DNA from: a virus
Taxonomy: Duplodnaviria > Caudoviricetes
Direction: 5' to 3' (one strand)
Length of the DNA: 52,237 nt
Virus record (IMG/VR): IMGVR_UViG_3300025087_000090
Location: 1-52,237 of that record
The position numbers and the translations under genes were made by a program. This document shows, piece after piece, positions 8,584 through 16,220 of this stretch (positions are counted from its first letter, which is position 1; each line of letters opens with the position of its first letter). A model generated the notes under the pieces. The model ran no database searches. It saw nothing but the letters and a program-made list of their open reading frames with translations, and was not told the DNA's origin.

Positions 8584-8924
8584 TGGAAAGACCACAAAGA
8601 GTTTTGGGTTCCACACCTCGTATCAGAACTGGCTGTGGATATTTATATATGACAGAGAGCAATCCCAATGAAGAATACCAAGAGATTTTTTGCAAGCTTG
8701 GGAAGTCAGGTTGCTGCGCTTGTGCTTTTCTTGATGGAATTGGAAGGCTTATAACATTTGCCCTCCATGCTGGTGTGACAAGAGAGACTATAGGAAGAGC
8801 ATTCAGAGGAATACAATGCCCATCCCCCATATTTGATGGCCCAACTCAGGTACTAAGCTGTCTCGATGGGATAGCTAAACTCATAGAAAGCTATAAGGAG
8901 GAAAAGAAAGATGTCAATCCGTAA
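8583..8924 (+). CDS. Stand-alone TSCPD-domain protein (class II ribonucleotide reductase C-terminal/NrdJb-like)
   Basis: RP..L.G.T.RI.TGCG.LY, FCKLGKSGCC, GRLIT.AL..G, RGIQCPSP, LSCLDGIAK. Confidence 0.85.
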   Translation: MERPQRVLGSTPRIRTGCGYLYMTESNPNEEYQEIFCKLGKSGCCACAFLDGIGRLITFALHAGVTRETIGRAFRGIQCPSPIFDGPTQVLSCLDGIAKLIESYKEEKKDVNP

Positions 8925-9231
8925 TCGTTGGCTGGCTTTTATAAACTCCATGGCAGAGAGGATGGAGCGGAGTGATCCTAAGTTTGCCGAGCATTTTCGT
9001 TCTATAAATGAATTTAATATACCACCTGATGAGAACTCTCTCCAATGGGGTATGGCCTATGTGAGATCCCAACAGGCTATGGGAGAATTCATTGAATTAC
9101 TCATGGAACAAGGTAGGCCACATGAGGCTTTACTTGTCTCAGAGGCTATGATAGAGTTAAATGACAAACTAAAAGGGGGGAAGGATATTGTCAGGATTCC
9201 AATGGAGTTTGTAAAAGAGGCGTATTTTTAA
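8911..9231 (+). CDS. Hypothetical protein (last gene of the plus-strand arm)
   Basis: SD AAGGAGG; ends at the terminator. Confidence 0.6.
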   Translation: MSIRNRWLAFINSMAERMERSDPKFAEHFRSINEFNIPPDENSLQWGMAYVRSQQAMGEFIELLMEQGRPHEALLVSEAMIELNDKLKGGKDIVRIPMEFVKEAYF

Positions 9232-9234
9232 GCC

Positions 9235-9278
9235 AAAAGAGGGCCTCTCTGAGAGTATCCAAAGAGGCCCTTTCTTTA
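9235..9278. terminator. Bidirectional intrinsic terminator between the converging arms
   Basis: Stem GGGCCTCT (9241-9248) / AGAGGCCC (9263-9270), flanked by an A-run on the left and a T-rich run on the right. Confidence 0.8.
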
Positions 9279-12200
9279 ATCAAGCAATTGCAACAACTCT
9301 TCAAGAGATGTATCAACAGGCTCTTTCAACCCTTGCATGAACCTCTTCTCAGGACTTGGGCCACCTCCTCTCTCACTCTCATACCTCTCCTGAGTTTTTC
9401 CTGCAAGAGCTGCTTTCCAGTTTTCAACATTAGACTCCTCGTCTCCTGCCATCATGGGCAGAAACTTTTGCAACTGATTAACCCCTGGCACCCCAAGCAA
9501 CTTTCCAGCAGCAATAGGCAAAGACTCCTGGCCTCTCATAGCTCTCTCTGCGAAGTTCATCATAGGCCCACCAAGACTTCCTCCAAATCTTGCAGCTCCT
9601 CCTATTACTGGAAGCTTCTGAGCAAGTTCAACGCCTCCAGCTTTGAGAATGTCAAGGCCCTCTTTGCCTTCCTCCCTTGCCCTTTTCATAGCCTTGATAG
9701 GACTTGGTATGGGAGTAGGAATCCCAGCCTCCTCAGCTATAGTATTAACCAAAGTGCCGGCCAAGACATAGTTAATCACCTTTCTTAACTGATCTCTCTT
9801 AGTAATATCAGGATTCTTAATACCAAGAAGCTCCTTTGCAATGTAATTAAAGTCATTGATTACAAAGGTTTGAAATTGTGTCATGAATTTACCAATAGCA
9901 TGGGTTTGAATATCAGAGATATCACTACTTGCTGCAGAGCCTTGGGTCTTTAACACCACCTCATCAGCGTATTTAGATGGATCATTGAAGTTTTTAGCAA
10001 TAGCTCTTCGATAAGCACCAAGTCGAGTTACTCTTGCAGCCCATGCATCCATCCACCGCAAGGGTAAATACGAAGCCGCAACAGCACCTCTCTTAACCCT
10101 CCCAGCTAAAGTGTCTCCAATCATCCTCTCCATAGCGTCCACAATGCTTACATCAAACTCACGAGTCTTTAGCACAGCACTATCAGAAAGTGCAAACCTA
10201 ACTTTGCTTGGCGACATAGAGTCTATAATACCTTGAATCAAGTACTTTGGTCCTATCTCTCCCACACTCCCCACTAAGGATGCTGGCTGAGCAAGAGCGG
10301 ATCTTACATACCCTCCAAGAGTAGACACAGACACATTATTAGTAAGCTTCCTCAATGGTCTGTCAAGCCTCCCAAGCTGTCTTGGAATATCAATCCCTTG
10401 AATATTATTAACCCACCGTCCAAGGGCAAAGGAGAGGTTAGGGTGAGTCTCTAACAACCCTCTCGATAGATCACTTACTTCTTTAAGGTGTGGAGCTTGG
10501 TGAATCCATGGAACTACACCACGAGCATAATTCCTAAACACTCTAAAAGCGTCAGTGACAAGAGCTAAATCGCTCCTTGTTCTTTTCTTAGCAAAGTCAA
10601 GATCATTTACCCGAGGGTTGAAAAAGTCCTTACTCTCTGTTAGTATATTTAAGTTCTCTTTTCTTGCTTCGTCCAGCCTTCTAAAGAATGTAAAATAATT
10701 CTCTACCTTATCAATAGGCTTCTTTCCAGCTGCAACTCTGGCCTCATTGAACCGTATGAATAGATCATCAAAGACATCTCTAAGCTGTCCAAGAGCAGCC
10801 TCTTGTTCTGGCATGAGCTTAGGAACATCTGCCACGCCCATGGCCTTTAATATCTCAGGTCCTCCCTTCTGTCGAGCAATGGCATTAAGCATAATAGCCT
10901 CACTCGACCCTTTAGGCAAAGCCTTTTCTATGGCTCGACTTTGTCCTTCAAGGAGGTGAACCTCTTCAAGACCCCTCTTCTCATTCATCTTATGGGGCCA
11001 ATAGATAGAGTCTTTAGCTCCTGGCAACACCCTGTCAATCCTGTCAAACATATAAGGCTTAGTCTCTGTACTAAAAGAACCAAGATTCCGAGCCTCAATA
11101 TCCTTAACTGGCTCTCCCAAATCCAATGGACTCTTAGGTACCCCTCCAATACTCCCCACTGGAGGTACAACCCCCTTTCCACTACCTCCTCCAACTCCTC
11201 CTCTCAAAGCAGAGTACGCAGCTTCTGGACTAATCTTAAACTTATTTGCCACCTGACCAACTACTGTCAACAAAGGAGCACCTTCCTCAAGAGCGTTCTT
11301 TGCAAAGGCTTTTATCTCCTCAGTGGATGGACCACCTCCATACATGAAGGTGCCTTTCTCTCTGTTCCATTTAGTAGGTGCTGCAGCTATAAGAGCTTCA
11401 TTCTCTCTATTAAGAGCACTTACATACTTCTCAGTAGCTAATGGGGTCAGTTTCTCTGAAAGTGGATATGTTGGATAAGACTTATCAGCATAGGCTTTAA
11501 TAACACCTTCTTTGAGTTGACTCTCTAAACTTGGTCCAACAGCTTCAACCTCAGGAGCTAATTCACTCAACCTCTTACCAGGAGTCAAAAGCTTCCCCAC
11601 CTTCGCCAACGCTCCATATACAGGAAGGTCAGCTGCAAGCCCAGCTCCAGTTACAGCAAGGTCTCTAAGAGGGGCTTGGATATTTCCTTCAATAGCAGGT
11701 CCACCCACTTGACCAAACTCACCAGGAGTCAACATAGCTTCTAATGGAGTCTCTTGTGTAGCCGGAACTCCAGCTTTTTGAAGAAGATAGTCTAAAGGCT
11801 TTTCGACTAAGGGTTTGGTAATATACTTATGAGGCAAGCCAAGGACTGTCACTGCTCCCTGAACACCTTTCAAAGCCCCAGCTCCAATGGCTGACTTAAT
11901 GGGGTCAGGCACTTGGGAAAAGGTCGCCTCAGGGAGACCAGCGTCTACAATAGGTTCCTCTGGAACACGAGCTTCAACCTTTGAAGGCATCTCTACGGGA
12001 CCTAAATCTTTAAACTCATCACTATTTACAGGTCCAAGGTCTTTAAAATCAGAAACCTTTGCAGCTATCTTTCCTACCTTCTCACCAGTTCTATCCAACT
12101 CAACATGCCAGTTCTCTCCTTTAGACAAAGCAGGAAGGGATAGCCCATGTTTGTTCAACATTCCTTGCCAAGCATCCAATCCAAGTTTGGCAACTTGCCC

Positions 12201-12455
12201 TTGGTCTACATCAAAAGCAGCCCCATGTTCGTGTCTTGACGTCCCAGGTGGCAGAGCCAACTTGGGTTTTCTCCTATGGGCATCTGCTTGTTCGTCATAG
12301 GTACGAAAGGTGTCTGTTATTTTAAGAGGCTCTCCAGTCTGATTATAATAATCCAATGCAAGAGCAGAAAGTTTCTCTCTCAATAGAGGCTCAATCCTTT
12401 CCTCTCTTGGAGCTTTATAGTGCAGTGGACCAAGGTCTTGAAAATCTTCTGTCAT
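9276..12455 (-). CDS. Large internal virion/ejection protein with an N-terminal M15 (VanY-like) zinc peptidase domain
   Basis: FRTYDEQ...PGTSRHEHGAAFD...ENWHVE; long helical remainder typical of podovirus ejection proteins; last gene of the structural arm. Confidence 0.75.
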   Translation of the reverse strand: MTEDFQDLGPLHYKAPREERIEPLLREKLSALALDYYNQTGEPLKITDTFRTYDEQADAHRRKPKLALPPGTSRHEHGAAFDVDQGQVAKLGLDAWQGMLNKHGLSLPALSKGENWHVELDRTGEKVGKIAAKVSDFKDLGPVNSDEFKDLGPVEMPSKVEARVPEEPIVDAGLPEATFSQVPDPIKSAIGAGALKGVQGAVTVLGLPHKYITKPLVEKPLDYLLQKAGVPATQETPLEAMLTPGEFGQVGGPAIEGNIQAPLRDLAVTGAGLAADLPVYGALAKVGKLLTPGKRLSELAPEVEAVGPSLESQLKEGVIKAYADKSYPTYPLSEKLTPLATEKYVSALNRENEALIAAAPTKWNREKGTFMYGGGPSTEEIKAFAKNALEEGAPLLTVVGQVANKFKISPEAAYSALRGGVGGGSGKGVVPPVGSIGGVPKSPLDLGEPVKDIEARNLGSFSTETKPYMFDRIDRVLPGAKDSIYWPHKMNEKRGLEEVHLLEGQSRAIEKALPKGSSEAIMLNAIARQKGGPEILKAMGVADVPKLMPEQEAALGQLRDVFDDLFIRFNEARVAAGKKPIDKVENYFTFFRRLDEARKENLNILTESKDFFNPRVNDLDFAKKRTRSDLALVTDAFRVFRNYARGVVPWIHQAPHLKEVSDLSRGLLETHPNLSFALGRWVNNIQGIDIPRQLGRLDRPLRKLTNNVSVSTLGGYVRSALAQPASLVGSVGEIGPKYLIQGIIDSMSPSKVRFALSDSAVLKTREFDVSIVDAMERMIGDTLAGRVKRGAVAASYLPLRWMDAWAARVTRLGAYRRAIAKNFNDPSKYADEVVLKTQGSAASSDISDIQTHAIGKFMTQFQTFVINDFNYIAKELLGIKNPDITKRDQLRKVINYVLAGTLVNTIAEEAGIPTPIPSPIKAMKRAREEGKEGLDILKAGGVELAQKLPVIGGAARFGGSLGGPMMNFAERAMRGQESLPIAAGKLLGVPGVNQLQKFLPMMAGDEESNVENWKAALAGKTQERYESERGGGPSPEKRFMQGLKEPVDTSLEELLQLLD

Positions 12456-13492
12456 TTTCCAAGTCCTCTCTTAAGAGCATCATACTCATCTTGAGTATTT
12501 ACAATAGTCTCAACACCTTTTACAAGAACTCTGCGAGGAAAGGTTAGAGGAGCGGGTGTGGAAGCTGTCTTTGGAGTCCTCTTTGACTTCTGTCCAACTG
12601 GAACTTTTTCTTTGGTCCCAAACCAATTTGACCCAAAGACTCCAGTCCCAGGAATGGTGACGTCCTCTTCCCACATGGGGTAGCCTTTAAGAGCTGGACT
12701 GTTCTTAATAAGCTCATTCGCTTGAGCCATGAACAGCTTCTTTTCTTCTGGCTTCTTAGCACTCACAATCTTAGCCTCAAGAGAAGTCAGCTTTCCAAGC
12801 TCACCCTCCATCTGACGCCTTTCATTTACATCCTTCAAGAGTCCCAGCTTTTCAGTATAATTCTGTTTAAGAAAGTCTCTCCACTGTTGAGTCTGCATCC
12901 GAGCCTGTTCCTGCCCTGCTTGGTGCATGCCAGTTATCATCTGTTGCATGGTGAGACGATCTTTTGACATGTCCTCTCGACTAGCTCTATTGAGAGCACC
13001 CTCTTGCTCTCTCAATGCTAAAGTAGCAAGAAGGTTTTCTCTCGACGCTTGTAGAGAGGCATCCTTTGGAAACGCAGCAATGGTACGTGCTTCTTGAGGT
13101 AGGCTTGTAAGAATCTTACTTTTAATAGCCTCCAAAGAAGGCACTGGAGCAACTACTCTCTCTAATGTAGCAGGAGTATAACCAGCCTCAGGGTATGTAA
13201 GACCTTTCCTCTGTCCAAGATTTTCCACCGTCGGGGTCTCTCCACGAGGAACCATACCACTCTCTTGTATAGCAGCTAAGTTCAAAGGTCCTTTGAGCTT
13301 CTGTAAAATTTGCTGTTGTACATTTGGATCAGATTCAACACTTGCAGTTTCAAGATTTGTTTTCAGTCCTAAGAGTTTCTCTTGAGCTCTTTCCTTTAAG
13401 TAGTCTCCAAGGAATTGTGCTCCTACATTACCAAGAGTACTAATCCCCCCATGGGCCAACATCCTAATAAGATCACCACCAAGAGTAGCCAT
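12452..13492 (-). CDS. Putative internal virion (ejection) protein
   Basis: Gly-rich N-terminus, helical Q/E/K-rich body, position in the ejection cluster. Confidence 0.55.
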   Translation of the reverse strand: MATLGGDLIRMLAHGGISTLGNVGAQFLGDYLKERAQEKLLGLKTNLETASVESDPNVQQQILQKLKGPLNLAAIQESGMVPRGETPTVENLGQRKGLTYPEAGYTPATLERVVAPVPSLEAIKSKILTSLPQEARTIAAFPKDASLQASRENLLATLALREQEGALNRASREDMSKDRLTMQQMITGMHQAGQEQARMQTQQWRDFLKQNYTEKLGLLKDVNERRQMEGELGKLTSLEAKIVSAKKPEEKKLFMAQANELIKNSPALKGYPMWEEDVTIPGTGVFGSNWFGTKEKVPVGQKSKRTPKTASTPAPLTFPRRVLVKGVETIVNTQDEYDALKRGLGK

Positions 13493-13494
13493 AT

Positions 13495-13614
13495 CTATTT
13501 ACCTCTCTTCTTAGTCTTACTCTTACCCTTTTTCTTCTTACCAACCTTACCAATCTTTCGACTTTCCTTTGTCGAAATGGCCCATGTTGTTCGAGTTTGT
13601 TCTTTCTTTTTCAT
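13495..13614 (-). CDS. 39-aa Lys-rich basic peptide
   Basis: MKKKEQTRTTWAISTKESRKIGKVGKKKKGKSKTKKRGK; ATGA overlap with the upstream stop; fills the gap exactly. Confidence 0.55.
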   Translation of the reverse strand: MKKKEQTRTTWAISTKESRKIGKVGKKKKGKSKTKKRGK

Positions 13615-14444
13615 CTAAATAACCTACCAAACCACTTGCCAAGAAGTCCACCACCTGTACCTCCAAGCAACCCTCCAAGTGCAGTACCAACTCCCGGAAA
13701 GATCATAGACCCAAGTGCAGCACCACCAAGCATACCACCTGTACCTCCAATGCTCTCAGCAGGTCTTCGAAACATCTTACCAGTTAAAAGATCGCTTATT
13801 GTCTTCAATCCAGCTCCAGCATATGGAATAGAACCTGTTGCTTCTGCTCCTGTCTCTGCTCCAGCTCCAGTTATTGTAGATGCTAATTCATCTTGTGCTG
13901 GTTCCATCATATTACTAAGAAGCTTATCATACCCTCCCAGATCCATGCCAGAATCTACTGGAGTTATAGTCTTTCCTATATCTGAAACCCCCTCAGCATA
14001 TCCTTGCATCATGGGGCTAAGCTCACTATATTTATCAGGCCCTTGCAACCAATCTGCAATAGACCCTCCCAACAATTTTCCCCCATACCCTGCCAATGGT
14101 ATGCCAAGAGTGCCAAGAGCACTTTGGTCTCCGCCTGATGTCGTAGCAGACATGGGCATAATAGTTGGCTTAGAAGCCTCTGTACCTTTATTCAAGAGTT
14201 CAGGTAGCATAGACAACCCCTCACTCTGATTCATACCCCCCTGGTCCCCACCACCTTGATTGTTCCCTCCAAGGAAACCAAACTTAGCATTGCTCGAATC
14301 CCTACCTGCCCATGGATTAGTCCTCTCACTCCTCGCCACAGAGTTAGCCCCAAAGACATCATCAGGATTAAACTCCCTCTGAAACTCTGGCCTCTTCATC
14401 TTTTTTAAATAAGAGTTATAAAAGAGCTCCTTTGCAGTAGCCAT
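13611..14444 (-). CDS. Putative DNA pilot/ejection protein with a C-terminal glycine zipper
   Basis: GGTGGMLGGAALGSMIFPGVGTALGGLLGG. Confidence 0.6.
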   Translation of the reverse strand: MATAKELFYNSYLKKMKRPEFQREFNPDDVFGANSVARSERTNPWAGRDSSNAKFGFLGGNNQGGGDQGGMNQSEGLSMLPELLNKGTEASKPTIMPMSATTSGGDQSALGTLGIPLAGYGGKLLGGSIADWLQGPDKYSELSPMMQGYAEGVSDIGKTITPVDSGMDLGGYDKLLSNMMEPAQDELASTITGAGAETGAEATGSIPYAGAGLKTISDLLTGKMFRRPAESIGGTGGMLGGAALGSMIFPGVGTALGGLLGGTGGGLLGKWFGRLFR

Positions 14445-14989
14445 TATTTACCTCCACCACCACTCGAACCAACGGTGGTGTTTTGACTTGCTCCATGTGC
14501 TTGTTGATAAGCATCAGTTGTATGTCCAATGGCAGAAGGCGATGGAGAATACAAAGCAGTCATCAACTGTCCCAACGCTGTATCCTTAGCTCCCATCTTC
14601 ATCTTAACAAAGTCTAAAGCGGCCTTGGAGGTAGTTGTCATCTTATCCCCAGCCAAGTCAGTATACCCACCTACAGCAGCAGGGCTATTAGCTCCTATCC
14701 CACTTGTGGCAAGCACTCTCGACAAAGCCTTATTAGCATCTTGACTTGACCCTTCAATAGTTTCCTTTGCTTGGCCCCATGTCTGTTGTTCCTCTTGAGG
14801 AGTCATACCAGTCTGAGCTCTATTCATAAGAAACGGCACGAGCTTCTCTTGGCTACTTGATACCCATGGAGGCAATATCTGTCTCCAATTATAAAGAGTT
14901 GGAGTTGTTCTTGTCCACCCTTCACTATCATTCCAGCTCCAACCCGACCCACTCTGAGATTGCGTTTGGCCTCCACCGCCCATACCCAT
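14444..14989 (-). CDS. Putative internal virion protein
   Basis: MGMGGGGQTQSQS...GSSGGGGK termini typical of podovirus ejection proteins. Confidence 0.55.
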   Translation of the reverse strand: MGMGGGGQTQSQSGSGWSWNDSEGWTRTTPTLYNWRQILPPWVSSSQEKLVPFLMNRAQTGMTPQEEQQTWGQAKETIEGSSQDANKALSRVLATSGIGANSPAAVGGYTDLAGDKMTTTSKAALDFVKMKMGAKDTALGQLMTALYSPSPSAIGHTTDAYQQAHGASQNTTVGSSGGGGK

Positions 14990-14991
14990 GA

Positions 14992-15492
14992 CTAAGCCTC
15001 CACTTCATCCATTATAACAGGACGATAAAATTGAGTATAATGATGATTAAACCCCATCTTTTTAACCGTTCTAATACTTGGTTGATTACCAGGATGGACA
15101 TTTGCATAGAAATGTCCAGCTCCCATATCCTTTGCCCAATTATGCAACATCTCCCACATCTTAGTTAATACCTTTGGTCCTGCAAAAGAGTCCTCATCTA
15201 AGAAACTTGCAGCGACACGGATGCATTTTAAGTTCTCTGCAATAGGAGAACAAAACTCTAAGATTCCAATCAAAAAAGCTATCACCTCTCCATCCTTCTC
15301 CGCAAGCACACAATACCAGTTTGGATTGGAGAATCCATTGCCTACCTCAATAGCTATACCTCCCCATAATACATCAGGGTCTTTATTAATATCCTTACAC
15401 CCCTTTCCAATTTGAATCTCGTAGAATTTAAAAAGTTTCTCTTGAAGCTGTCTTATGTCAGACACCTTAGCCCTTCTTACTTTGATCTTCAC
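14992..15492 (-). CDS. GNAT-family acetyltransferase-like protein
   Basis: KVRRAKVSD, LAEKDGEVIAF, NQPSIRTVKKMGF; GTG start after AAGGAG; T7 gp13-like position. Confidence 0.7.
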   Translation of the reverse strand: MKIKVRRAKVSDIRQLQEKLFKFYEIQIGKGCKDINKDPDVLWGGIAIEVGNGFSNPNWYCVLAEKDGEVIAFLIGILEFCSPIAENLKCIRVAASFLDEDSFAGPKVLTKMWEMLHNWAKDMGAGHFYANVHPGNQPSIRTVKKMGFNHHYTQFYRPVIMDEVEA

Positions 15493-15512
15493 GGTTGCTC
15501 CTTTACGGATGG

Positions 15513-16220
15513 TTAATGGACAATACAAACAGTATCTGGATCTCCATTAGTTCTATAAAGATCTCCAGCTGCTAAGCCTCCTACAATAGCAGCAGCATTA
15601 TTAGCATAGACTGGAAGGTCTAAGTTTATAATTCCAGAAAAGGTATGAGTATCACCTCCAGCATCATACCCATAGGCAACCCCAGCTGTCTCTTTAAAGA
15701 TGCTAAAATCACAATCCTCAGCGTCATAATTCCAAATGACATTACCTGCTGAATCCATGGACAATGCAACAGAGGCACCAAGAGTTCCATATTGAAGTTG
15801 AAAAGGGACGTTGACAATGGAGAATACTACTCCTCCAGCTCCTCCTATGACATAACAATAGGTTGTAGAATCACTTGCGTCTCTCCATCGGATATAATAA
15901 TTTCCAAGAATGTTAGAGTTTCCAGTAAGTTTCAACCCTGCAAACTCAGGCGTTGCTCCGGTGTGTATACTCTGAGGCAAGCTTAGGGTAACATCTTTAT
16001 TATTAGCTGTAACATTTGTCCCATTACTCACTACAACCTGATTTGCAGTTCCAACTATGTCTCCAGTTTCAGTCTTGAGCACAGTGATTTTATTAACATA
16101 AGTCTTAGTAGATGGATGAGTAACCACCCTATATAACTTCCTAAGCTCCGAGCTCAAAGCATTTATCTGAGCTTGAATTCTTTCAATCTTCTTATTAAGT
16201 CTTACCTCAGACTCATCCAC
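15513..16220 (-). CDS. Tail-associated structural protein
   Basis: Coiled-coil N-terminus, GTANQVVVS...LSLPQSI fibre motif, C-terminal YANNAAA..GGL..GDLYRT. Confidence 0.6.
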   Translation of the reverse strand: MDESEVRLNKKIERIQAQINALSSELRKLYRVVTHPSTKTYVNKITVLKTETGDIVGTANQVVVSNGTNVTANNKDVTLSLPQSIHTGATPEFAGLKLTGNSNILGNYYIRWRDASDSTTYCYVIGGAGGVVFSIVNVPFQLQYGTLGASVALSMDSAGNVIWNYDAEDCDFSIFKETAGVAYGYDAGGDTHTFSGIINLDLPVYANNAAAIVGGLAAGDLYRTNGDPDTVCIVH

